From Patescibacteria group bacterium (GTDB lineage Bacteria > Patescibacteriota > Minisyncoccia > Phycocordibacterales > UBA1006): DNA of 64,000 bases. The position numbers were made by a program, and so were the translations under genes. The stretch lies in assembly GCA_028286885.1 (NCBI GenBank), contig JAQBQS010000008.1, forward strand, positions 12,121 to 76,120, read 5' to 3'. Of this stretch, positions 28,087 to 37,014 are shown piece by piece; the first letter of the stretch is position 1, and each line of letters starts with the position of its first letter. Below the pieces are notes generated by a model. That model saw only the letters and a list, made by a program, of their open reading frames with translations, did no database searches and had not been told where the DNA came from.

Positions 28087-28404
28087 ATGAACCCTTCTAT
28101 GTTATTTGAAAGAATACGGGCAATTAGGGAAACTAAAAAAATAAAGCAGTGCAAGGTCGCCCTGAAAGCCAAGATGACTCAACAAGCTTACAGTTTCTTT
28201 GAGCTGGGGAATTCTAAAAGCCAGAATAGCAAAACCCTCTTCAATATTTGCGAAGCTTTGGAAATTAATATTTCATTTCTCATGTCCGAAATTCCCATAA
28301 CAGGAGAAAGTGTCGAAAAGTACGGAAATATGAGCTTTGAAAAACTTGTAGAAGAAAACCTCCGTCTCTTAGCACTGGTTTCCAATCCCTGCCCAGTAAA
28401 TTAA
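28087..28404 (+). CDS. XRE-family helix-turn-helix transcriptional regulator
   Basis: HTH_3-like segment KALKAKMTQQAYSFFELGNSKSQNSKTLFNICEALEINISFL. Confidence 0.7.
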   Translation: MNPSMLFERIRAIRETKKIKQCKVALKAKMTQQAYSFFELGNSKSQNSKTLFNICEALEINISFLMSEIPITGESVEKYGNMSFEKLVEENLRLLALVSNPCPVN

Positions 28405-28406
28405 AC

Positions 28407-28440
28407 TAAAATCCCGACCATACGGCCGGGATTTTTATTT
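28407..28440. terminator. bidirectional terminator between the HTH gene and lepA
   Basis: aaaatcccgacc-atac-ggccgggattttt hairpin. Confidence 0.55.
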
Positions 28441-30228
28441 CTTCATCATTTTCAAGAATACCTCGTGCGGAATATTCACCTTTCCTTTTCCTCGAGAAGC
28501 CATTTTCTTCTTCCCTTCTTTCTGCTTATCGCGGAGCTTCATCTTTCGCGTAATGTCCCCTCCGTACATATGCTGCGTCACGTCCTTCATGAACGCCTTG
28601 ATCGTCTTTGACGACAAGATGCGGCCGAGCGCATACCCTTGGATCTTCATTTCGAACATCTGGCGAGGCATGATCTCGTGCAATTTTTCAACGGCCGTTT
28701 CTGCTTCTTCAACCGCTCGACGGCGAGCGATCACGCGCGTGAACGCGGGAACGGCCTCGTCTGCAAGAAGGATATCGAGACGCGTCACATCAGCTTGCCG
28801 CATCTCGGCAAAGTCATAGGCAATGGACGCATAGCCTGAAGTCACTGATTTCAAATCATCGAAAAAGTTTCTCATGAGTTCTCGCAAAGGCATTAAGACA
28901 TCAAGCTTTGTTCGATCGTCACCGAAATTCAACATATCGACAACCTCACCTTCATGCTCGTGACAGAGCATCGAAAGTCCCCCGAGATATTTGTTCGGCG
29001 TCATGATATGCAGCGTCACCCACGGCTCCTGCACGCTCTGGATTTCGCCGTCATTTGGAAACATATGCGGCGAGTAGACCGTTTCTTCTTTTCCATTTTT
29101 CATCAAGACTTGGTACGTGATCGACGGAGACGTAACCACCAAATCCAAGTTGAATTCTCGGCGCAATCGTTCCGTAATAATTTCAAGATGAAGCATTCCC
29201 AAAAATCCGCAGCGGAATCCCCGGCCCAAGGCGCCTGACGTTTCCTCTTCGTATGAAAATGCGGAATCAGAAAGCCGCAACCGCGCGAGCGCGTATTTCA
29301 AATCCGAAAACGCATCAGCCTGTTCGGGATACACCGATGCCCATACAACAGGATGAGGTTTCTGGTAACCTTCCATGGATTTCACAGGATTCTTGGCAAG
29401 GGTGATGGTATCTCCCACTGATGCGATTCCCGGCTGCTTGATTCCGGTCACAATGTAGCCGATCTCGCCGGCATTGATCGAATCTTTTTCCATTTTGGTC
29501 GGAGAAAATGTTCCTACCGACAAAGCATAAAATTTTTCATTCGCAACCGAGAAAACCATTTGGTCTCCTTTCTTGATCGCGCCGTCAAATACGCGCACAT
29601 AAACAATGACGCCTTGATGGTTTGAATATTCAAAATCGAACACGAGTGCCGAGACATCATTTGCTCCCGTATTATGAACGGTCGGCGCGGGAACGCGCTC
29701 AATCACAGCTTTCAAAATCTCATCGACCCCCTGCCCTGTCCGTCCGGAAACTTCCAAAACAGTATCAGGATCGCAATCGAGCACCTTTGCAATTTCAAGC
29801 TTCACTTCTTCTACACGCGCAAGAGGCGAATCCACCTTCGATACTGCAGGAATGATCACGAGCCCCTGGGCACGCGCCATTTCAAGCGTGGTCAATGTCT
29901 GCGCCTGTACGCCCTGAGTCGCATCCACGAGGAGAATTGAGCCTTCTACGGCCTTCAGTGCGCGCGATACCTCGTATGAGAAATCGATATGCCCCGGCGT
30001 GTCGATCAGGTTCAGCACATATTCCCCGAACTGCATTCGGACCGGCTGCATCTTAATTGTGATTCCGCGCTCGCGCTCGAGCTCCATGGAATCCAATACC
30101 TGATCCTGCATTTTTCGTTTTTCAATCGTATGCGTGATCTCGAGCATGCGATCTGCCAAGGTGGATTTTCCGTGGTCAATATGGGCGATGATCGAGAAAT
30201 TTCTGATTTTTGAGAGGTCCGTTGCCAT
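28435..30228 (-). CDS. lepA: elongation factor 4 (LepA)
   Basis: IIAHIDHGKSTLADR GTPase N-terminus and LepA-specific C-terminal domain. Start at ATG 30228. Confidence 0.95.
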   Translation of the reverse strand: MATDLSKIRNFSIIAHIDHGKSTLADRMLEITHTIEKRKMQDQVLDSMELERERGITIKMQPVRMQFGEYVLNLIDTPGHIDFSYEVSRALKAVEGSILLVDATQGVQAQTLTTLEMARAQGLVIIPAVSKVDSPLARVEEVKLEIAKVLDCDPDTVLEVSGRTGQGVDEILKAVIERVPAPTVHNTGANDVSALVFDFEYSNHQGVIVYVRVFDGAIKKGDQMVFSVANEKFYALSVGTFSPTKMEKDSINAGEIGYIVTGIKQPGIASVGDTITLAKNPVKSMEGYQKPHPVVWASVYPEQADAFSDLKYALARLRLSDSAFSYEEETSGALGRGFRCGFLGMLHLEIITERLRREFNLDLVVTSPSITYQVLMKNGKEETVYSPHMFPNDGEIQSVQEPWVTLHIMTPNKYLGGLSMLCHEHEGEVVDMLNFGDDRTKLDVLMPLRELMRNFFDDLKSVTSGYASIAYDFAEMRQADVTRLDILLADEAVPAFTRVIARRRAVEEAETAVEKLHEIMPRQMFEMKIQGYALGRILSSKTIKAFMKDVTQHMYGGDITRKMKLRDKQKEGKKKMASRGKGKVNIPHEVFLKMMKK

Positions 30229-30300
30229 ATAAAGTAAGCGCATACTACCATATTTTTCAAAATAAAAAAGCCTCTCCAAATTTGAAAAGGCTTTTGAAAG

Positions 30301-30777
30301 TTACACAGGAAAGAAATCTTCGATGATCTTCTTGGATTGAACACTGAGGAAAACAACGGGAGGACATCCATCAGGCGAACGAAATCCATGAATAACCCTG
30401 GGTAAGATTTGAAGTGTTATTCCAGAAAGGACCTTGTTTGGGTCCTCTTTAGAATAGAAATAATATACACATCCTTTAGGTTCTTCGAAATGCTCTCTTG
30501 GTCCGAGAAAGGTTACAACAGCGTATGAATCATCATGGTAATGAATTTCACCTTTATCTCCCGAATTAGTAATTACTTCCACTGACAACTTATCAATGTC
30601 GATTTTATCACGCCAAGGTTCAAGCAAAGCTTGTTTTATAGAAGTGCGTTCCCACGTGTCGCGATAAACATGATGAGTTGAGTGGTCTAACACTCCATCA
30701 ATACCTTCGCTGCGAAGTTTGAAAAGTATTTCATTAGAAATATCGTTAAGGGCTAACCCCACTGAATTTATATCCAT
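30301..30777 (-). CDS. cupin-fold protein (WxcM/FdtA-like?)
   Basis: GEIHYHDDS...ILPRVIHGF pattern suggests a cupin; the assignment is tentative. Confidence 0.35.
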   Translation of the reverse strand: MDINSVGLALNDISNEILFKLRSEGIDGVLDHSTHHVYRDTWERTSIKQALLEPWRDKIDIDKLSVEVITNSGDKGEIHYHDDSYAVVTFLGPREHFEEPKGCVYYFYSKEDPNKVLSGITLQILPRVIHGFRSPDGCPPVVFLSVQSKKIIEDFFPV

Positions 30778-30824
30778 ATATTTATTGAGTTTTAAAATTT
30801 AATTCTTTTATATCAAGTAAAATT

Positions 30825-32522
30825 CTAGCTGTCAACAGCCTCCCCTACCTCTTGGACCACGCTCGCCTTCCAGAACTTGCGGCGCATTGCGCGGCTGATG
30901 TCGACGATGTCTCGATTGCCCATCGCGCGCAGTACGACAATGGCTGCGATCACGCCGACGGCTCCTGATGCGATTCCCTGCCCGAAGATTCCCCAGAATG
31001 TCGCCTGGTTAAATACATGAGCCGTCAGCTGAAGCGTTGCATATGACGCGATGCCGAGCCCGACCGATGCGGCCGTAGCTTCGAACGCCGTTTTCCATAC
31101 AGGCGCAATTTTGGCATCAGGAAAATCGCGGACGAATACGTACCAGAGCGTGAAGAAATTGAGAATGTTTCCGATCGAGAACGCGAATGGCAGAGCCAAA
31201 ATTTCCAGATTCGGAACGCCGTCGAGACGAAGCACTGTTGAAAAGGCGTGGCCGAACGACGGAATGTGGCGGAACATCCAAACGAAGATTACGGCAAGAA
31301 TGACCGTGATGATCTCGCCGATGAAATTCCAAATCAGAGGCGTCTTGGTATTGCCGATTGCGTAGTACCCGCGGACCAAGAGATACACCAGCGCCTCGCA
31401 TACCATTCCAAGGACGAAGAGCGCAAGGCATGCCGCGGCGATCCTCGTGTCGTTCCAGCTGAACGAATGCGCGCCTAAAATGACGCGGATAATCTGCGCG
31501 CGAAGCACGATGAACAAGACTGTGATCGGCGCGGCAAGCAGGATAATCTTGCGCGTAGCCTCGACAATATGATCAGCAAACTTGGAACGCTCGTTTGATT
31601 GGAATAATTTTACGAGAACCGGAAACGAGGCTACCGAATATGAAATTCCGATGATGCCGATCGGAACGTTCAGCATGTTATTCGTCAAATTGAAAATCGC
31701 AATCGATCCCGTCGCCAAGTTAGACGCGAGCGATGTCAGAATCACAGCCGTAAAACTCGATATCGAAAGCCCGATTGTTCGAGGAACGGAAACGAGAATG
31801 ATTGACTTGATGTCTTTCCAGGAAATCCTGCGGACGAATTTTGGAATGAATCCGTGAAATCCGAGAACCGGCAATTGGATGACCAAGTGGAGTACTGCGC
31901 CAAGGACAACACCATAAGCAAGTCCCATCACTCCGAAGATCGGAAGGAAGATGAGTACGCCCAAAATAATCCCGAGGTTGTACATGACCGGCGAAAGCGC
32001 CGCGACGAAAAACTTGCGGAACATCTGCGTAACGGATGAAAACAGGTTCGACACGCCGACGATGATCGGCTGGAGCAGCATGATGCGGCTCATCATGACG
32101 AGCTTGGCATGTTCAGCAACACTAAATCCCGGTGCAATGAGGTGCACCAAAAGCGGCATCAGGATAAATAAAATAACTGACAGAACTGCAAGAAAGCCAA
32201 AGAGAGCCGTGAAAACTTGGTTGAAGAAAGCCTTCGTGCGCTGTGCGGATTCGCTGTCGCCTGAACCGAACCGTTCTGACAAGTACGGCAGCATGACCGT
32301 GATCGCAGCCAGCGTTGCAACCGATACGTAGAGAAAATCCGGAATCTTGAATGCTGCGTAGTAGAGATCAAGTGAAGATCCTGCTCCAAGATAGGTTGCA
32401 AGAAGGCGGTCGCGAACAAGCCCGAGAATTTGAGACAGAAACGTAAACAGCCCCAATAAAAGGGCTGCTTCGTTTACGCCGGAGGATTCCCGATTCAGAA
32501 ATTTCAGGATTTTGGAAACCAT
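30825..32522 (-). CDS. murJ: lipid II flippase MurJ
   Basis: LSQILGLVRDRLLATYLGAGSSLDLYYAAFKIPDFL N-terminus; 565 aa polytopic protein. Confidence 0.85.
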   Translation of the reverse strand: MVSKILKFLNRESSGVNEAALLLGLFTFLSQILGLVRDRLLATYLGAGSSLDLYYAAFKIPDFLYVSVATLAAITVMLPYLSERFGSGDSESAQRTKAFFNQVFTALFGFLAVLSVILFILMPLLVHLIAPGFSVAEHAKLVMMSRIMLLQPIIVGVSNLFSSVTQMFRKFFVAALSPVMYNLGIILGVLIFLPIFGVMGLAYGVVLGAVLHLVIQLPVLGFHGFIPKFVRRISWKDIKSIILVSVPRTIGLSISSFTAVILTSLASNLATGSIAIFNLTNNMLNVPIGIIGISYSVASFPVLVKLFQSNERSKFADHIVEATRKIILLAAPITVLFIVLRAQIIRVILGAHSFSWNDTRIAAACLALFVLGMVCEALVYLLVRGYYAIGNTKTPLIWNFIGEIITVILAVIFVWMFRHIPSFGHAFSTVLRLDGVPNLEILALPFAFSIGNILNFFTLWYVFVRDFPDAKIAPVWKTAFEATAASVGLGIASYATLQLTAHVFNQATFWGIFGQGIASGAVGVIAAIVVLRAMGNRDIVDISRAMRRKFWKASVVQEVGEAVDS

Positions 32523-32534
32523 AGTCCGCCTATT

Positions 32535-34925
32535 TTATTTCTTTTTTGCCGCGGGCGCAACTGTCTTGGCAGGAGCCTTCGTTCCAGTCGGCGTAAGATT
32601 TGCCGGCTCCTGAACTGTCGGCGCAGGCGTCGCGTCTGTTCCCTTGATCTGGCTGATCAATGCATCAGACTGATCGCTCTGTTTTCGCATGTAAGCGTAG
32701 ACCGCATCAGCATCAGTTTGGTCGCCTGATTTCTCGTATGAGACGCCGAGGTATCCGTACGCGAGACCGAATGATCGGTTCGAAAGGATCGCCTGCTTGA
32801 AGGCTGCAATCGCATGCGCGTAATCTGCCTGGTGATAGAACAAGAGTCCGAGCTGATACGCCGTTGTCGCGTTATACGGATCAAGCGTCAGAGCCGCCGT
32901 CATCGACGTAATCGCGCCTGCGTAATCCTGCTTGGATACTTGAATTTGCGCGCGAAGGATGTAGGCCCCTGTTGTCGGATAGTAATCGATCGACTGGGCA
33001 ATTAATGCGTTGGCACCGTCCGTGTCATTTTGCGCGAGTGCGAGCTGGGCGAGAGCAAGATAGATTGCAGGATCATGCGGATCGCGCTTCTGAGCCTCGC
33101 CGTAGGCGGTCTTGGCTTGGGCTGCAGCGTCAGTAATGCCAAGCGACACGAGTGTTCGATAGACATTTCCGACGGCAATCCAGTTCTGGTAATCGGCCGG
33201 ATTAACTCTGGTTGCGGCCTGTGCCTGCGCGAGAGCCGTACCGAGAACCGATTGAGCCTGCTTGGTCACTTGTTCCTTGTTAGCCTGAGTAACGCTTGAG
33301 GAAAGCTGGTTCACGCGCGCAATCGTGAGCGCTGAAAGTTCGCGGTAGTAAACGTCATGGGGCGCATACGCCGCAGCCAGGCTGAACTGCGTAATTGACA
33401 TATCCAAGTTCCCTGCTGCCTCGTAGTTTGATCCGCGAACCGCGTGAACGGCTCCGATGACTTTTCGGAGTTCCAAATATCCTGCAAAAATAATGGCTAT
33501 GATCAAAATCGTCACGCCGAGAATTCCGAAGAAGCTTGCGCGAGGATCCGACATGAACGATCGGACCGTCTCGGCCTTCGGATCATTGTCTGAACGGATT
33601 CCAATCAATGCGCCAACCAGGACTGCAAGGAGAATCAATATGTAGCTACCTGTTATGAGGAAGAAACCTGCAACGAGAAGGAAAATGATGCTCGCTGAAA
33701 GAAGGGTGACAATGTACCGTTCAAGCGATGATTCGAATCCCTTGGCGAGGCTTTTAACGATCAAGAAAAGAATGGCAACAAGAAGCGCAATCCATCCGAT
33801 GATTCCCAATACTCCGTTTGTTGCAAGCTGTGTCGTGATGAATCCGGAACCGTAGCTGAATGTAGATCCCGCGAAGGCCGTTCCTGAAACAGCGGGCGGC
33901 TTGGCAAGATTCCAAACGTTTCCGAACGTGTTCGGACCGTACCCGGTAATAGGATTGTGCGCGATAGCCTGGACGCCCGCGCGCGCCGTTGCCGACTGCG
34001 AAAGGCGGATATCGTTTGAAACGATCGATTGGTGGCGTCCCGCAAGAGTGTTAAGCGCCGATCCGAAGAAAAGGCACACGATCGAAACAATGACGACAGC
34101 AAGCGCATACCAAGGAACCGAACGATGCTTGCGATAAGCCTTGGCTTCGGAATCCCAGAATGCGAGGGTGAATATATAAAGTGCGGTCGCAAGGCTCATG
34201 AATCCGATAATGATCCACACCACCTGCAAATTCATAAATGCCAAACATGCGCATGCCAAAACAAGAATCGCAATAAGAAAGGCTTTGATTCCCTTTCGAA
34301 GTCCGCCAAGCTCGAGAGTAATGACTGAAAACAATACGAGAAAACCAAGAACGATTCCAAAATCGCTCCAAGATCCTACAAGGCTCGACGTCGACGTTCC
34401 AAGGACGCCGAATGTCAAATGTGTTGCGCCAACGAAGAACCTTGCAATATGAACAAGTGCAAGCACAATGGTGCCAAGAGCGATTCCCCCGTAAACGATG
34501 CCGATGCGTTCATACGACCTGATCGTTCGATAAGCCGCCAAGCAGGTTACTGAAAAGATCAAAAGGAACATCCATGAGTTCGTTTCGAAACCGTAACCGA
34601 GGAAGGACATTCCGAACGCGGGCGACAAGATCGCCCCCAAAAGTTCAATGGCAAGAAGAATGCCGAGGATTCGGAAAATCCAATTCTTGGTAATCCTGAT
34701 TTCGCCGCGGCGCAAAATCGAAACGCCGATGCCAAGCAAGAGCACGAGCCCGAGAATCGCGAAGAAATATCCCTTACTTGCGATAGCTGACATTCCGAGA
34801 ACGGGAATGAAAAAAACCGGTCCGAGCGTAACCATAATCATCAGTACCGTCATCATAAACGAATCGCTCGTAACGCCAGTTGCGCCACGCCACTCTTGGA
34901 ACTTCTTGGTAATTGTTTTGAACAT
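32535..34925 (-). CDS. O-antigen ligase (Wzy_C)-like membrane protein with C-terminal TPR repeats
   Basis: Polytopic N-terminal half with NPITGYGPNTF loop motif; the C-terminal 230 aa or so are TPR-like repeats. Confidence 0.65.
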   Translation of the reverse strand: MFKTITKKFQEWRGATGVTSDSFMMTVLMIMVTLGPVFFIPVLGMSAIASKGYFFAILGLVLLLGIGVSILRRGEIRITKNWIFRILGILLAIELLGAILSPAFGMSFLGYGFETNSWMFLLIFSVTCLAAYRTIRSYERIGIVYGGIALGTIVLALVHIARFFVGATHLTFGVLGTSTSSLVGSWSDFGIVLGFLVLFSVITLELGGLRKGIKAFLIAILVLACACLAFMNLQVVWIIIGFMSLATALYIFTLAFWDSEAKAYRKHRSVPWYALAVVIVSIVCLFFGSALNTLAGRHQSIVSNDIRLSQSATARAGVQAIAHNPITGYGPNTFGNVWNLAKPPAVSGTAFAGSTFSYGSGFITTQLATNGVLGIIGWIALLVAILFLIVKSLAKGFESSLERYIVTLLSASIIFLLVAGFFLITGSYILILLAVLVGALIGIRSDNDPKAETVRSFMSDPRASFFGILGVTILIIAIIFAGYLELRKVIGAVHAVRGSNYEAAGNLDMSITQFSLAAAYAPHDVYYRELSALTIARVNQLSSSVTQANKEQVTKQAQSVLGTALAQAQAATRVNPADYQNWIAVGNVYRTLVSLGITDAAAQAKTAYGEAQKRDPHDPAIYLALAQLALAQNDTDGANALIAQSIDYYPTTGAYILRAQIQVSKQDYAGAITSMTAALTLDPYNATTAYQLGLLFYHQADYAHAIAAFKQAILSNRSFGLAYGYLGVSYEKSGDQTDADAVYAYMRKQSDQSDALISQIKGTDATPAPTVQEPANLTPTGTKAPAKTVAPAAKKK

Positions 34926-35107
34926 ATCCGACAGTATAGCGCGACTTTTAAAAAACAGAAAAGTCCTTCCCTGGAATATGTGGATAGATGCTGATTCTTG
35001 ATAAAATTTTAAAAGAATTATTCAATCTGTCTCCTTGTCGAAAATCCGTTTTTATGGTTAGATCAATCCGAATATCTTCATTTTTAAACTTTATAAAATA
35101 ACCAACT

Positions 35108-36958
35108 ATGTGCGGAATTATCGCCTATATCGGAAAAGAGGACGAGACGGACAACTGCCTCGCGATCCTTGAAGACTTGTCATACAGGGGTTACGACGGC
35201 GCTGGCGTAAGGGCCTATGGCCGCATAACCAAAGTCGTCGGACATCCCTCCAAACTGAAAGTCCTTATCGAAAAGGACCCGACTGTTCGAAATCTTCATC
35301 TCGTCATAGCGCACACGCGCTGGGCGACTCACGGAAGAAAGGATAATGAATTAAATGTCCATCCTCATCAAGATGGCATGAAGCGCTTTACGGTCGTTCA
35401 AAACGGGATGATCAGCAATTCAGAGGAATTGAAAAAAGAATACCTGGCCGATTACGTATTTCTGTCGGAAACGGATACGGAAGTTGTTCCGGCGCTCCTC
35501 GCTCATTTCTCAAGCCAATTTGAAACCACCGAGGAGCTCATCAAGCATGTTCTCGGGCTTCTGGAAGCGACCTACGGCTTTGTTATCCATGATGCCATGC
35601 ATCCGGATGTTCTGTTTGCCATCCGCTCAGGATCGACGCTTTCCATCGGACGCGCTGATCACGGCATCTATGTATGTTCGGATGAGTCATTCCTGCACAA
35701 GTATGCAAAAACGATCGCGACGCTTGGCGTAAACGAACTGTGCACCATCTCTGCGAAAGATTTCCAGATCAAGCATTTGGAAACGGGAGCAGCGGTAACG
35801 CTGGACGAACGCACGTCGAGCAACGATCAGGAAATCGTAAACAAGGGGTCCTACGACCACTGGATGCAGAAAGAGCTTAACGAAACTCCTGAAAGGATGC
35901 TCGACACATTGCGCGGCAGATACGATTGGAAGCACGGAAACGTGACTCTGAACGGCTTGCGCGAAATTGAAGAAGAGCTGCTCGGCATTGCGAAGATCAT
36001 TCTGATCGGCTGCGGCACGTCGCGCAACGCCGGACTCTATGGCAAGATGATACTCGAAAAGTATGCGCGCATCCCGACGGAAGTCATCGATGCGTCCGTA
36101 TTCATTGAGCGCAATCCGATCATTACCGAACAAACGCTCGTCATCGCGCTTTCCCAATCGGGAGAAACGGCCGATGTCATCGGCGCCCTGCAAGAGGCGA
36201 AAATCCACCGTCCTATTTTGTTCGGAATCGTAAATGCCGTTGATTCGTCAATTGCCCGCATCTGCGGAGCCGGCGTTTATCTGCAGGTGGGCCGCGAGAT
36301 CGGCGTCGCATCGACCAAGGCATTCTTCGGCCAATGCGCCGTCCTTGCTCTCGTTGCCATTCATTTCGGCAGAAAGCGCGGCACGTTATCGCAGGAAGAA
36401 AGCATCCGCGTGATCAAGGAGCTGCAAAAGATTCCAAGGGCTCTCGGAGGGATGAATTCCGAACATGTCTCCTTGATCAAAAATCTGGTCAAAAGCCACG
36501 ACAATCGGATAGCATCCATGCTCATCGGATCGGACACCATGTATGCGGGAATTCTCGAGATGAAACTGAAGCTCGAAGAAATTTGCTACGAGCCGGTCTG
36601 TGCCGAAGTCGGAGCGTCGCTCAAGCACGGACCTCTTGCCATCATTTCGTCGGAAAGGAACAATCTCGTATTTGCATTCTTGTCAGGAAACGAAACGGGC
36701 GACAAGCAGATACGCGACACGGTTGCGATTGCCATTTCAAACGGAGCGCATATTTTGCTGTTTTATCCGCACGGCACCAAGTCCGGCAGCTATGCGAAAT
36801 CAGAATCGGTGACGCACATTCAGATTCCGGCTATCCATCAGGACTTTGCGGTATTCGTGCATGTCTATCTGATGCAATGGTTCGCCTATTATGCGGCCGT
36901 CGAACTCGGACATGATCCCGACCATCCCCGCAATCTGGCAAAATCAGTCACGGTTTAA
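35108..36958 (+). CDS. glmS: glutamine--fructose-6-phosphate aminotransferase
   Basis: MCGIIAYIG N-terminal nucleophile Cys and two SIS domains; 616 aa. Confidence 0.95.
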   Translation: MCGIIAYIGKEDETDNCLAILEDLSYRGYDGAGVRAYGRITKVVGHPSKLKVLIEKDPTVRNLHLVIAHTRWATHGRKDNELNVHPHQDGMKRFTVVQNGMISNSEELKKEYLADYVFLSETDTEVVPALLAHFSSQFETTEELIKHVLGLLEATYGFVIHDAMHPDVLFAIRSGSTLSIGRADHGIYVCSDESFLHKYAKTIATLGVNELCTISAKDFQIKHLETGAAVTLDERTSSNDQEIVNKGSYDHWMQKELNETPERMLDTLRGRYDWKHGNVTLNGLREIEEELLGIAKIILIGCGTSRNAGLYGKMILEKYARIPTEVIDASVFIERNPIITEQTLVIALSQSGETADVIGALQEAKIHRPILFGIVNAVDSSIARICGAGVYLQVGREIGVASTKAFFGQCAVLALVAIHFGRKRGTLSQEESIRVIKELQKIPRALGGMNSEHVSLIKNLVKSHDNRIASMLIGSDTMYAGILEMKLKLEEICYEPVCAEVGASLKHGPLAIISSERNNLVFAFLSGNETGDKQIRDTVAIAISNGAHILLFYPHGTKSGSYAKSESVTHIQIPAIHQDFAVFVHVYLMQWFAYYAAVELGHDPDHPRNLAKSVTV

Positions 36959-36966
36959 AACACAAA

Positions 36967-36997
36967 CGCAAATCCCGAACTCACGTTCGGGATTTTT
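36967..36997. terminator. bidirectional terminator between glmS and leuS
   Basis: aaatcccgaac-tcac-gttcgggatttttt hairpin. Confidence 0.6.
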
Positions 36998-37014
36998 TCA
37001 TGCGTTCTATTTAT

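Noticed and set aside
34926-35107. Possible glmS ribozyme upstream of glmS
   Set aside because: The 182-nt leader is AT-rich and shows none of the conserved glmS ribozyme core segments. It more likely contains only a promoter.
35687-36208. Antisense ORF within glmS, and similar ones within leuS (38701..39243), ftsZ (12647..13117, 13124..13660), hsp20, PrsW, the O-antigen ligase and the macA-like gene
   Set aside because: All are embedded antisense in strongly supported genes and lack motifs. I treated them as non-coding.
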